Positions 48,714-62,924 of a stretch of 64,000 bases of DNA are shown piece by piece. How positions within the stretch are numbered: position 1 is the first letter of the stretch; the number at the start of each line of letters is the position of its first letter. Source of the DNA: Narcine bancroftii (taxonomy: Eukaryota). The stretch lies in NCBI RefSeq assembly GCF_036971445.1, contig NC_091473.1, forward strand, positions 192,758,001 through 192,822,000. Direction: 5' to 3'. Under the pieces are notes generated by a model. That model saw only the letters and a program-made list of their open reading frames with translations, was not told where the DNA came from and searched no databases. The position numbers were made by a program, and so were the translations under genes.

Positions 48714-51700
48714 TTTTTTTTTAAATTTTTTATTTTTCACACCATAAATCACAATAGCCATGATATACACTTTTTCTTTTTCACACATTTACAGTGACTT
48801 TTTCTCCCCCCCCTCCCTCCTCCCAAGCCACCCCCCAACCCCCCCCATCTCATCCATTTTAGGAATACAATCTAGGTTGCATTAATTCAGTCAGACAATG
48901 TTGTCATTCAACAAAAATACACCAGAAATTCTACAGAGTCCATTCTTTTCTTTCCTTCTCCTTCCATCAACTTAGGTAATGTTTGTCCCCGGTAGGTTTT
49001 CGCTATTGTATTTAATGTAAGGCTCCCATACTTGTTCGAATATTTCAATATTATTTCTTAAACTATATGTTATTTTTTCTAATGGAATACATTTATTCAT
49101 TTCTATATACCATTGTTGTATTTTCAAATTATCTTCCAATTTCCAAGTTGACATAATACATTTTTTTGCTACGGCTAGGGCTATCTTAACAAATCTTTTT
49201 TGTGCATCTTCCAAGTCAATTCCAAAATCTTTATTTTTTATGTTACTTAGGAGAAAGATCTCTGGATTCTTAGGTATATTGTTTTCTGTTATTTTATTTA
49301 ATATCTGATTGAGATCATCCCAAAATTTTTCTACTCTCTCACATGTCCAGATTGCATGAATTGTTGTTCCCCTTTCTTTTTTACATCGAAAACATCTATC
49401 AGATACTGTTGGGTCCCATTTATTTAACTTTTGCGGTGTAATGTATAGTCTGTGTAACCAATTATATTGTATCATACGCAGCCTCGTATTTATTGTATTT
49501 CTCATCGTTCCAGAACATAATTTCTCCCATGTTTCCTTTTTTATCTTTATATTTAAATCTTGTTCCCATTTTTGTTTAGTTTTACCATTTGTTTCCTCAT
49601 TCTCCTTTTCTTGCAGTTTAATATACATATTTGTTATAAATCTTTTGATTAACATTGTATCTGTAATCACATATTCAAGGTTACTTCCCTCTGGTAAACT
49701 CAAATTGCTTCCTAATTTATCTTTCAAGTAGGATCTCAGTTGGTAATATGCCAGCGCTGTATCTCCAGTTATATTGTACTTATCTCTCATTTGTTCAAAG
49801 GATAAGAATCTACTTCCTGAAAAACAATTTTCTATTCTTTTAATCCCTTTTTTTTCCCATTTTCTAAAGGAAAGGTTGTCTATTGTAAAAGGGAGTAGCT
49901 TATTTTGCGTCAATATTAGTTTTGGTATTTGATAATTTGTTTTATTTCTTTCTACATGAATCTTCTTCCATATATTGAGGAGATGGTGTAATACTGGAGA
50001 AGTTCTATGTTGTACCAATTTTTCATCCCATTTATATAATATGTGTTCAGGTATCTTTTCCCCTATTTTATCTAATTCTAGTCTCGTCCAGTCTGGTTTT
50101 TCCCTTGTTTGATAAAAGTCTGATAGGTACCTTAATTGTGTGGCTCTATAATAATTTTTGAAGTTTGGCAATTGTAAGCCTCCTTGTTTATACCATTCTG
50201 TTAATTTATCTAGTGCTATCCTCGGTTTCCCCCCTCTCCATAAAAATCTCCTTATTATTTTCTTTAACTCTTTGAAGAATTTTTCTGTCAGTTGTATTGG
50301 CAATGCCTGAAATAAGTATAGTATCCTTGGAAAAATGTTCATTTTAATACAGTTTATCCTTCCTATCAGTGTTAGTGGTAGCTCTTTCCAATGCTCTAAA
50401 TCGTCCTGTAATTTTTTCATTAGTGGATTGTAATTGAGTTTATATAATTGGCCTAGATTTTTGTTTATTTGCACACCTAGGTATCTTATTGCCTGCATTT
50501 GCCATCTGAATGGGGATTCCTCCTTAAATTTTGAGAAATCCGCGTTATTCATAGGCATTGCTTCACTTTTATTTACGTTTATCTTGTATCCCGACATTTC
50601 TCCATATTCCTTCAATTTCTTATATAGTTCTTTTATTGATAGTTCTGGTTCTGTTAAGTACACTATCACATCATCCGCAAATAGACTGATTTTATATTCC
50701 CTGTCTTTTATTTTTATTCCTTTTATATTATTATCTATTCTTATCGATTCTGCTAGTGGTTCTATAGCTAGCGCAAACAATAATGGTGATAGTGGGCATC
50801 CCTGCCGCGTTGACCTGCTTAAGTTAAATTGCTTTGATACATGTCCATTTACTGTCACTTTCGCTAACGGTCCCTTATATAATGCTTTAATCCAATTAAT
50901 ATACTTCTCCGGTAAACTGAATTTTTGCAATACTTTGAACAAGTAATTCCATTCTACTCTGTCGAAGGCCTTCTCTGCGTCTAAAGCAACTGCTACTGCC
51001 GGTGTTTTATTTCCTTCTACTGCATGAATTAAGTTAATAAATTTACAAATATTGTCTGTTGTGCGTCTTTTTTTGATAAATCCAGTTTGGTCTAAATTTA
51101 CCATTTTCGGTACCTGTTCTGCTAATCTGTTTGCTAATAGTTTAGCTATTATCTTATAATCTGTGTTTAGCAGAGATATTGGTCTATATGACGCTGGTGA
51201 GAGTGGATCTTTCCCTTGTTTGAGTATCACTGTAATTATTGCTGTTTTACATGAATCTGGTAAGTTTTGTGTCTCATCAATCTGGTTGATTACATCCAGG
51301 AGGGGCGGTATTATTAGATCTTTAAATGTTTTGTAGAATTCTATTGGGAGTCCATCCTCTCCTGGTGTCTTATTATTTGGTAATTTTTTTATTATCTCTT
51401 GTATTTCTACTGTTCCAAATGGTTCTGTTAATTTATTTTGTTCCTCTATTTGTAGTTTTGGTAGTTCAATTTTAGTCAAAAATTCATCTATTTTCCCTTC
51501 TTTCCCTTCGTTTTCAGTTCGGTATAATTGTTCATAGAATTCTCTGAAGTTTTCCTTAATTTCTTTTGGATTATATGTAATTTGTTTGTCTTTTTTCCTT
51601 GTTGCTAATACCATTTTCTTAGCTTGCTCTGTCTTAAGCTGCCATGCTAAGATTTTGTGTGTTTTTTCACCTAGTTCATAATATTTCTGTTTTGTCTTCA

Positions 51701-54690
51701 TTATATTCTTCTCCACCTTATATGTTTGTAGTGTTTCATATTTTATTTTTTATCTGCCAATTCTCTTCTTTTAGTTGTATCTTCCTTTATTGCTAATTTT
51801 TTTTCTATGTTTATTATTTCCCTTTCCAACTGCTCTGTTTCCTGATTATAGTCCTTCTTCATCTTGGTTGCATAACTTATTATTTGTCCTCTAATGAATG
51901 CTTTCATTGCATCCCATAGTATAAACTTATCTTCCACTGATTCCGTATTTACTTCAAAGTACATTTTTAATTGTTTTTCAATAAATTCTCTAAAATCCTG
52001 TCTTTTAAGTAGCATGGGGTTTAATCTCCATTTATACATTCTTGGAGGGATGTCCTCTAGCTTTAGTGTCAGTATTAAGGGTGAATGGTCCGATAGCATT
52101 CTCGCTTTATATTCTGTTTTTCTTACTCTATCCTGCATACTAGCTGATAACAAAAATAGGTCTATTCTTGAGTATGTTTTATGTCTAGTCGAGTAGTATG
52201 AGTATTCCTTTTCTTTTGGGTTTTGTTTCCTCCATATGTCCACAAGTTTCATTTCTTGCATTGATTTAATTATAAATTTGGTTACTTTGTTCTTCCTGTT
52301 AATTTTTTTCCCAGTTTTATCCATATTTGGATCCAAATTCAGATTGAAATCCCCTCCTATTAGTATGTTCCCTTGCGTATTAGCTACCTTCAAAAAGATA
52401 TCTTGCATAAACTTTTGATCTTCTTCGTTAGGTGAATATATATTAATTAGATTCCAAAGCTCCGAATATATCTGACATTTTATCATAACATATCTCCTTG
52501 CTGGATCTATTATTTCCTCTTCTATTTTAAATGGCACATTTTTGCTAATTAATATAGCCACTCCTCATGCTTTTGAATTTTACGATGCTGCTGTTACATG
52601 TCCTACCCAATCTCTCTTTAATTTCTTGTGCTCCAATTCAGTTAAGTGTGTTTCTTGGACAAATGCTATATCTATTTTTTCCTTTTTCAGTAAATTTAGT
52701 AGTTTCTTCCTTTTAATTTGGTTATGTATTCCATTAATATTTAAAGTCATATAGTTCAGCGTAGCCATTTTATATTTTGTTTATCTTCTCTTTCCGTTTT
52801 TCCATCATTACCTTTCCTCCTTTTCCATTTCTGTTTTCTTATTTTCAACTCTTTACCAGACAACATTCCTACAACATCCAACATTTTCCTTATTCTCCTA
52901 TTTCTATCTTCTTTATCCCCAATCTCCCCTTCCCCTCCTGAGTTGTCCTTTATCCCTTGTCGGACAACCACATCTCCCCTCTCCATTTGCATTTGCGAAT
53001 CCACTCGCAAGCGTCAACTGATTTTGCAGTGACCGCTCTTTTCCCCCACCCAGCCCCCCCCAGAAAAGATTTCACTTTTCATATGTCACAAAGGTCACTC
53101 TTTTAATTCCCTCCTTATTCTCTCTATTCCATTACCTTCCCTTACTAATTCTTGTCTATACTATCTATGTTTTCCTCTAATTACAGATACTTTCACGTAT
53201 GCCCATTTTCTCTATTCACTCTTATACCTCTTTACCCGCATACATATCAATCGTGGTCATTTTTACCCTCATTACCCGTCTTCATCCCTCAGTCTATTTT
53301 TGTCTTTACCCACATACATATCAATCGTGATCATTTTTACTCTCATTACCCGTCTTCATCCCTCAGTCTATTTTTGTAATTGTTCTGCAAATTTTCGTGC
53401 TTCTTCTGGATCCGAGAACAGTCTGTTTTGTTGTCCTGGAATAAATATTTTCAATACCGCAGGATGCTTCAGTGTAAATTTATATCCTTTCTTCCATAAA
53501 ATCGCTTTTGCTGTATTGAACTCTTTTCTCTTCTTTAGGAGTTCAAAACTTATATCTGGATAAATGAAGATTTTTTGCCCTTTATACTCCAGTGGTTTGT
53601 TGCCCTCTCTTACTTTTTCCATTGTCTTCTCCAGTACCTTTTCTCTTGTAGTATATCTTAGGAATTTTACTACAATAGATCTTGGTTTTTGTTGTGGTTG
53701 TGGTTTAGGGGCCAATGCTCTATGTGCCCTTTCTATTTCCATTTCTTGCTGTAGTTCTGGACATCCTAGGGCCTTAGGGATCCATTCTTTTATAAACTCC
53801 CTCATATTCTTGCCTTCTTCATCTTCCTTAAGGCCCACTATCTTTATGTTATTTCTTCTGTTATAATTTTCCATTATATCTATTTTTTGGGCTAGTAATT
53901 CTTGTGTCTCTTTAGTTTTTTTATTAGATTCCTCCAATTTCTTTTTTAAGTCTTCTACCTCCATTTCTGCTGCTATTGCCCGTTCTTCCATCTTGTCCAT
54001 TTTTTTCCCCATTTCTGTTAAGGTCATATCCATTTTATTTATTTTCTTTTCTGTGTTGTTTATTCTTCTTCTTAAATCATTGAATTCCTGTGTTTGCCAT
54101 TCTTTAAATGACTCCATGTATCCTCTAACAAGAGCAAGTATATCCTTTACCTTGCCTTTCCCTTTATCTATTTCACTGTATTCTTCCTCTTCTTCTTCCT
54201 CTGGGTTGGCCATCTGTTGTTTCTTTGATGTCCTTTCCTCCTCTTCTTTCTTGTTTCCATTGTCTTCTGTGGTCTCTTCTTGCTGCAGGTGTTCTGCAGC
54301 TGTCGTTGCTGGCTGTGGAGATCGACTCCCCAGCTGGTCCCCCCTCCCGTCAGTGTGTTTTTTTTCATGCGCGGTTGCGCACTTTTACTCGGCTCTGTGA
54401 GCCATTGCTGTAGTTCTTTTTCTACCGACCTGAGGTAGTGGGCTCCTCTCTCCACAGCGGGCCTCTTCGGACAGGTAAGGCCTTCACCTTTTTCCTCCAT
54501 TGTCTTCTCTTCCTCTCTTCTTTCCGTTGATTTTGATTTTTCTCCTTTTGTCTCCATCTTCTTTCCACCTTTATACTCACTTTTCTTTAACTTGTATTTC
54601 TGTACCTTTGTATTTTCTCTTGTTTTTCCCAACTTTTCTGGAGAGGGCTGGAGTTCACCGTCCGGCCACTACTCCATCACGTGACTCCTC
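48714..54690 (-). mobile_element. Full-length young L1, nearly intact
   Basis: TSD ggaaaatgttc (48703-48713, 54691-54701). ORF1 ends 53368; ORF2 52768-48972 with a 914-aa open RT-CCHC stretch. Two stops near 52570 and homopolymer frameshifts. Confidence 0.95.
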
Positions 54691-54767
54691 GGAAAATGTT
54701 CATTTTAATACAGTTTATACTTCCTATCAGTGTTAGTGGTAAGTCTTTCCAATGCTCTAAGTCGTCT

Positions 54768-56005
54768 TTGAGATGGTGACAGGTAAAATAGATGGGGGAG
54801 AGCCAGTGGATGTGGTGTACCTAGACTTCCAAAAGGCCTTCGATAAGGTCCCGCATAAATGACTGGCTTCCAAAATCAAGGCTCATGGGATTGGGGGAAA
54901 AGTATTGATGTGGATTGAGAACTGGCTGGCAGGTAGAAGACAGAGAGTTGGGATAAATGGCTCATTTTCTGAGTGGCAGGCGGTGACCAGTGGGGTACCA
55001 CAGGGATCTGTATTGGGACCCCAGCTGTTCACAATTTACATTAATGATCTGGATGAGGGGATTGGATGTAATATCTCCAAATTTGCAGATCACACTAAGC
55101 TAGGAGGGGTTGTGTGCATGGAAGAGGGGGTCAGGAAGCTCCAGTGTGATTTGGATAAATTGAGGGACTGGGCAGATACATGGCAAATGCACTACAATGT
55201 GGATAAATGGTAATACAAACCGGAGGGCAGATTACTATTTGAATGGCAATAGATTAAGAGATGGGGAAGTGCAGAGAGACCTAGGGGTACTTGTACATCA
55301 GTCTCTGAAGGCGAGCATGCAGGTACAGCAGGCGGTTAAAAAGGCAAATGGTATGTTGGCCTTCATATCAAGAGGGTTTGAGTATAGGAACAAGGATAAC
55401 TTACTGCAGCTGTACGGGGCCTTGGTGAGACCACACCTGGAGTATTGTGTGCAGTTTTGGTCACCTTATCTAAGGAAGGATGTTCTTGCAATGGAGGGAG
55501 TGCAGAGGCAATTCACCAGGCTGATACCTGGAATGGCAGGAATGACTTATGAGGAAAGATTGCGCAAATTGGGATTGTACTCGCTGGAGTTTAGAAGATT
55601 GAGAGGGGATCTCATAGAGACATATAAAATTCTGGCGGGACTGGACAGAATGGATGCAGATGGGATGTTTCCAATGATGGGAAAATCCAGAACCCGGGGC
55701 CATGGTTTGAGGATAATAGGCAAACCATTTAGGACCGAGATGAGGAGGAATTTCTTTACCCAGAGGGTGGTGAATCTGTGGAATTCATTGCCACAGAGGG
55801 CAGTAGAGGCAGGTTCATTAAATATATTTAAGAGGGAATTAGATCTATTTCTTCAGTATAAGGGTATTAAAGGTTATGGAGAGAAGGCGGGGACAGGGTA
55901 CTGAAGTTTAAGATCAGCCATGATCTCGTTGAATGACGGAGCAGGCTCGAAGGGTCGAATGACCTACTCCTGCTCCTATCTTCTATGTTTCTATGTTTCT
56001 ATGTC
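54768..56005 (+). mobile_element. CR1 LINE, 5'-truncated
   Basis: YLDFQKAFDKV, SGVPQGSVLGP, LEYCVQFWSP; (ttctatgt)x3 tail. Confidence 0.92.
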
Positions 56006-58759
56006 TTGAAATTTTTTCATTAATGGATGATAATTTAGTTTATATACATGGCCGAGATTTTTATTTAGTTGTATACCTAGGTATCGCATTGCTTGTGTTT
56101 GCCATCTAAATGGTGATTCTTTCTTAAACTTTGTGAAATTCGCATTATTCATTGGCATTGCTTCACTTTTATTTGCATTGATCTTGTACCCCGATACTTC
56201 TCCATATTCCTTCAATTTCCTATGTAATTCTTTTATTGATATTTCTGGTTCTGTTAAGTATATTATAACGTCATCTGCAAATAGACTGATTTTATATTCC
56301 TTCTCTTTTATTTTTATCCCTTTTATTTTATTTTCTGTTCTTATCAGTTCTGCTAGTGGTTCTATAGCTAACGCGAACAGTGAGGGAGATAGTGGACATC
56401 CCTGCCTTGTTGATCTGCTTAAGTTAAATTGTTTTGATATATATTCATTTACTGTCACTTTCGCCAATGGCCCCTTATATAATGCTTTAATCCAATTAAT
56501 ATATTTCTCTGGTAAGCTGAATTTTTGTAGTATTTTGAATAAATAATTCCATTCTACTCTGTCAAAGGCCTTCTCTGCATCTAAAGCAACCCCTACTGTT
56601 GGAGTTTTATTTCTTTCTACTGCATGAATTAAGTTAATAAATTTACAGATATTGTCCGTTGTTTGTCTTTTTTTAACAAATCCAGTTTGGTCTAGATTTA
56701 CTATTTTTGGTACATAGTTGGCCAATCTGTTTGCTAATAGTTTAGGTATTATCTTATAATCTGTGTTAAGTAGAGATATTGGTCTATATGATGCTGGTGC
56801 TAGTGGATCTTTCCCTGTCTTTGGTATTACTGTAATTATTGCTGTTTTGCATGAATCTGGTATGTTTTGTGTTTTATCAATCTGATTGATTACTTCCAGA
56901 AGGGGAGGAATTAATAAGTCTTTAAATGTTTTATAGAATTATATTGGGAATCCATCCTCTCCTGGTGTTTTATTGTTCGGTAGTTTTTTAAAATATCTCC
57001 TGTAATTTTTCTATTTCAAATGGTTTTATTAATTTATTTTGCTCCTCTGTTTGTAATTTCAGTAGTTCAATTTTAGTTAGAAATTCATCTATTTTGTCTT
57101 CTTCCCTTTGTTTTCAGTTTGATATAGTTGTTTGTAGAATTCCCTGAAGTTTTCATTGATCTCCATTGGATTATATGTAATTTGTTTGTCCTTTTTCCTT
57201 AATGCCAATACCATTCTTTTAGTTTGTTCTGTCTTCAGCTGCCACGCTAGAATTTTGTGTGTTTTTTCTCCTAGCTCATAATATTTCTGTTTTGTCTTCA
57301 TTATGTTCTTCTCCACCTTATATGTTTGTAGTGTTTCATATTTTTTTTTTGTCTGCCAATTCTCTTCTTTTAGTTGTATCTTCCTTTATTGCTAATTGTT
57401 TTTCTGTACGTGTTATTTCCCTTTCCAACTGTTCTGTTTCTCGATTGTAGTCCTTCTTCATCTTAGTTACATGACTTATTATTTGCCCTCTGATGAACGC
57501 TTTCATTGCGTCCCATAGTATAAACTTATCTTTCATTGATTCCGTATTTATTTCAAAGTACATTTTAATTTGTCGTTCAATGAATTTGCTAAAATCCTGT
57601 CTTTTAAGTAGCATGGAGTTTAATCTCCATCTATACATTCTTGGTGGGATGTCCTCTAGGTCTATTGTCAATAACAGGCGTGAGTGATCCGATAATAGTA
57701 TAGCTTTATATTCCGTTTTTGTAACTCTCCCTTGAATGTGGGCTGATAACAGGAATAGGTCTGTCCTTGAGTATGTTTTGTGTCTACCCGAATAATATGA
57801 ATATTCCTTTTCCTTTGGGTGTTGTTTCCTCCATATATCCAAAAGTTGCATTTCTTGCATCGATTTAATTATAAATTTGGTTACTTTGTTCTTTCTGTTA
57901 GTTTTTTTCCAGTTTTGTCCATGTTTGAGTCAAAATTAAGGTTAAAATCCCCTCCTATTCGTATGTTCCCTTGCGTATCTGTTATCTTCAAAAAGATATC
58001 TTGCATAAATTTTTGATCTTCTTCATTAGGTGAGTATACATTGAGTAAATTCCAAAATCCTGAATATATCTGAAATTTTCTCATTACATATCTCCCTGCT
58101 GGATCTATTATTTCCTCTTCTATTTTGATTGGTACATTTTTATTGATTAATATAGCTACTCCTCTGGCTTTTGAATTATATGATGCTGCTGTTACATGTC
58201 CTATCCAATCTCTCTTTAATTTCTTGTGTTCCACTTCAGTTAGATGTGTTTCTTGTATGAATGCTATATCAATTTTTTATTTTTTCAGTAAATTTAACAG
58301 TTTCTTCCTTTTGATTTGGTTATGTATTCCATTAATATTTAAAGTCATATAGTTCAACATAGTCATTTCATACTTTGTTTATCTTTCCTTTCCATTTCCT
58401 CATCACCACCTTCCCTTCTTATCCATTTCTGGTTTCTTTTTTTGAACACATTATAAGACAACATTTCTAAAACATAAAATATTTCCACTATTCTCATATC
58501 TAAAATTCCTTTAACCCCAATAGTCCCTCCCCTTTCTGAATTGCCCTTTGTCCCTTGTCGGGCAACCACATCTCCCCTCTCCATTTGGATTTGCGAATCT
58601 GCTCGCAAGCGTCAACTGATTTCGCAGTGACTGTTATTCTCCCCTCCCAGCCCCCCCAGAAAAGATTTTAATCTTAATATATAACAAAGGTCACTCTCTT
58701 AATTCCCTCCTTACTTCCTTTCTTACCTTTCTTTCCCTTCTTAGTTCTTACTTATACTC

Positions 58760-58765
<6 letters not shown>

Positions 58766-58796
<31 letters not shown>
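58766..58796. repeat. (AT)n microsatellite in L1 inter-ORF region
   Basis: Directly visible. Confidence 0.9.
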
Positions 58797-58800
<4 letters not shown>

Positions 58801-61800
58801 AGTTTGTTGTCATTTTTGTTCTTGTTACATGTCTTCATCTCTCTGTCTGTTTTGTAGTTGTTCTGCAAATTTTCGTGCTTCTTCCGGATCCGAGAATAGT
58901 TTGTTTTGCTGCCCCGGGATAACTATTTTAAGTACCACTGGGTATTTTAACATAAATTTATAACCTTTTTTCCATAGGGTCGTTTTTGCTGCATTAAACT
59001 CCTTCCTCTTCTTCAGGAGTTCAAAACTTATATCTGGATAGAAAAAAAATTTTTGACCCTTGTATTCCAGTGGTTTTTTTTCCTCTTATTTTTTTCATTG
59101 CCTTCTCCAATATATTTTCTCTTGTTGTATATCTTAGGAATTTTACTAGAATGGATCTTGTTTTTTGTTGTGGTTGTGGTTTAGGGGCTAATGTTCTGTG
59201 TGCCCTTTCTATTTCCATTTCTTCCTGTAATTCTGGTCTTCCTAAGACCCTGGGGATCCATTCTTTTATGAATTCTTTCATGTTTTTGCCTTCTTCATCT
59301 TCCTTAAGGCCCACTATCTTTATATTGTTTCTTCTTTTATAATTTTCCATTATGTCTATCTTCTGAGCTAACAGCTCCTGTGTCTCTTTAACTTTTTTAT
59401 CAGATTCTTCTAATTTCTTTTTTAAGTCATCTACCTCCATTTCTATGGCTGTTTCTCGTTCTTCCATCTTGTCTACTCTTTTTCCTATATCTGTCATGAT
59501 CATCTCTAATCTATTCACTTTTTCTTCTGTACTTTTTATTCTTTTTATTTCACTGAATTCTTGTGTCTGCCATTCTTTTACTCTTTCCATATATTCTTTA
59601 AAAAAAATATATCCATGTCCTTGCCCTTCCCTTCATCTTCCATTTCTCTGTGTTCTTCCTCCTCTTCTTCTGAGTCCACTCCAGGATCTATGTCCTTTAC
59701 CTCTGTCTCTTCTGGTTTTCTTGTTGGGTTGTTTATTTTATTTTGTTGGGTATTTTTGTTCTTCTTACTTTTATTAAAAGTGTCTTGGTGTTGGTCTTCT
59801 TCGTATGGGTTGGTCATCTGTTGTTTCGTTGATTTCCTATTTTTATTCTCTTCCTTCTTGTTCCCATTATTTTCTATGTTTTCCTGTTGAGAGTCTTGCT
59901 GTCATGTTATACTTGTTTGTTTCAGCTGTGGAGATTTACTCCTCAGCTGGTCCCCCCTCCCGTTGGTGTTGTTTTTGTCTTGTTCTTCCTCGCGCATGCG
60001 CAGTTGCGCACTTTTGTTTGGCTCCGTGAGCCATCTTTGTAGTCCTGAGTTCGGGGTTTCCACTGACCTCAGGGAGCGGGTTTCTCTCTCCACGCGGGCT
60101 TCCTTGTACCGGTAAGGCCTTCCTTCTTCTTTTCTTCCCGTTGTTTTTGGTTTTTCTTTCTTTGCTGCCATTTTCTCCACACTTTCACTTTCAATTTGTT
60201 ATGGTTTCTGTGTTAGCGACTTTGTTTTTTCTCTACTTTTTTTTAACTTTTCTGGAGAGGGCTGGTATTTTCTTACCGGTCACTACTCCATCACGTGACT
60301 TCCTTCCCCAAGGTTTGGTATTAATTGAAGATTGTTTTGAGGCAGGTTTATTTCTTTCATTTGATAGACTTAGGGAGAAGTTTGGAATATCTCGAAACAC
60401 GTTATTTACTTATTATCAAATATGGGATTTTTTAATTAATAACTTTGGTTGAGATTTGATATTACCAAGGCAATTGAAGTTTGAAATGCTGCTTTTGGAT
60501 AAGGGAAAGAAAGGGTTTGTTTCAGAGATGTATTTGTTATTACAATCAAAAATGAAGAAGCCTGGAGTGTTGAGAATAAGAGATAAATGGGGACAGGAAT
60601 TAGGTATGGTTATTCCTGATGAAGTATGGTCTGATTTATATCTACATAGTGCTACAAAATTAGTTAACAAACGTTTAGTTAATTATAACTTTTTACATCA
60701 GTTATATTTAACTCTGGAAAAGTTAAAGAGGTATGGTTTTAGGGATTCTGATCTGTATTTTAGATGTGGAGATCAGGTAGGTACTTTTATACATGCTATG
60801 TGGGAATGTTCAAAAGTTAAACTTTTTTGGAAAAAGTTATTAAATTTTTGCGAGATTTATTTCAAGTAGATTTTTTAATGGATCCATGGCTATGCTTATT
60901 AGGATATATGAATCCATTTACAACAAGTTTAGATAAATTTCAGGTTGCTTTTATTCATTTAAGTTTGGCAGTAGCTAGGAAATGTATAGCGGTAACCTGG
61001 AAAAATGATGTAGACTTAAGTATATAGAGGTGGCATAATGAAATTCAATCATGTCTGTATTTAGATAAAATTACATATAATTTGCAGAATAATTATTCTT
61101 TTTTTTTAAATATGTGGATTTCATATTTGAAATGTAGGAAGCTAAATGTTAAGTAATTATTTTTATTTGCATTGTAATTCAACCCACGTGACATATTTGT
61201 ATTTTGTAATAACCTTCCTTCTGTATGTTAACCTCCGGGGTGGGGTGGGAGGGAAAGTAAGGGATGGGGGGCATAAGGGGTGGGAGGGTGGGAGGTAAGG
61301 GGAATAAGGGTTTTTTATATGTATGTTTTGTTATATTCTTTTCTATTTCTTGTAAAATTTAAAATAAATTAAAAAAAAAGAAATTTTTCTTACTAAAGGG
61401 GGGTATTAATACATTTATTTCAGAAATGTATAAATTACTTCAAAGGAAAACGTCCAAATCAGATATTCAAAAATCCAGATTAAAGTGGGAAACTGATTTA
61501 GGTAGAACAATCGATCAAGATGATTGGAGAATGTTATGTAAAGATAATAGGACTAAAATTACCAATATAAGATCCAGATTAGTACAATATAACTTTTTAC
61601 ATCAATTATATTTAACACCTCAAATATTAATAAGATTTAATTGAATTTCTTCAGAATTATGTTTTAGACGTCGTAAAGAGATAGGTTCTTTTGTTCACTC
61701 GACTTGGCCGTGTATTAAAGTGAAGTCATTGTGGATACAAATTAAAGCATTTTTAGAGAAAGTGTTAAAGGTTAAACACCTGTTAGACCCAAAGTTATTT

Positions 61801-62459
61801 TTATTAGGAAATATTAAAATGTTTAGTTTAAAATTAAGGTTAACCATGTATCAAGTTAAATTTTTACAACTGGCTTTAACTGTTTCAAGGAAATGTGTAG
61901 CTATTACCTGGAAGTCTGATATGGATTTGGGGATGCAGAGATGACGTACTGAAATAAGATCTTGTATTCCTCTCAAAAAAATAACTTAGAATTTAAGTGA
62001 TAAACATAATTTCTTTATGACAATATTGGAGCCCATATTTACAAGTGTGTTTGAAAATTTCAGCTCTCAATAGCTCATCCTGGTGGTGGGTCTCAGTTTC
62101 ACGGTGGTTAATTTGAACGTATATATTCATTCTTAATCTCCTTTCCTCTTTCTTTCTGAGGGGTATTTGGGGGGGAGGTGGGAGGTGGGGAGGGAGGGAG
62201 GGATTAGTATATATACCACATGTATGTGGTATATATACTAATTCATTATTGATAATAATGAATTCATTATTGATTGAATGTTGTGGTTTTAAAATTTTTA
62301 ATCAAATATTGAAAAAACCAAACAGCAATGGCCTCAGCCCTGATCCCTGAGACACACTAGTCACAGGCCTCCAGTCTGAGAAGCAATCATCTGCTACCAC
62401 TTTAATGGCCTTTCGTCCCATTACAACCCTCACTGCCCCTGCCCTGTCCCTAACACTGA

Positions 62460-62920
62460 CTTCTGGACGTTTGCCTCCCTCTCAGCCTTTGCTCCCGGAC
62501 TGAAGCTCAGTACTTGAATGGCCTCAGATCTGCAATGTTTATCTTTAATACCCTTCACCCAGAGCCTCGCAGTAAATGGAGGAGCATTAATGATTACTGA
62601 ATTATAAGCGCGCAGCCCCACATCAGCTCTCCCTCCCTTCCTGCCCCCTCTTCCCTCCCCCTCACCAACCACTGGGGCCCAGTGTCCACAACACCTGTCT
62701 GCAGGATTAGAAACACCATTGATTTGGGGGCAGCTAAATAAAGGCTTGGGCAACACTGCTGTGGTCTCCAGAGCAAGATGACGAGAACCACAGGTGGCAG
62801 CTGTCTTCTCGACCATGGGAACCATAGGCTGTCTTGGCCTGAGGGTGAGGGAGAAGGGAACAAGTCCCAGATACATCAAACCTTTTCTCTGACCTGATGA
62901 TGGGGACATCTCCACCCACC
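62460..62920. promoter_or_regulatory. Non-repetitive island, possible promoter/enhancer or first exon
   Basis: No TE motifs recognised; TAAT/GGATTA sites, three E-boxes, TAAATAAA, accATGG and AGG|GTGAGG donor-like site. Confidence 0.3.
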
Positions 62921-62924
62921 TGCC

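Larger units (their letters stand above)
47107..60309 (-). mobile_element. Full-length L1, degenerate, interrupted by an L1 and a CR1
   Basis: 17-bp TSD aaggtttggtattaatt (47090-47106, 60310-60326); 5' GTCACGTGATGGAGTAGTG; broken ORF1 and ORF2. Confidence 0.93.
44206..61379 (+). mobile_element. 5'-truncated L1 (44206-47106 and 60310-61379), hosting a CR1 and further L1s
   Basis: Starts GGDFN; APE/RT motifs; poly(A) 61371-61379; CR1 3' piece at about 46051-46522. Confidence 0.85.
43439..62318 (+). mobile_element. Old L1 3' part (43439-44205 and 61380-62318) split by a 17-kb nested insertion
   Basis: Sequence rejoins across the imperfect TSD gaattttttcttacta / gaaatttttcttacta; colinear with 13100-14070. 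Confidence 0.8.

Noticed and set aside
48714-54690. Possibly active intact L1
   Set aside because: Two nonsense changes near 52570 lie outside homopolymers, so sequencing slippage alone cannot restore ORF2.
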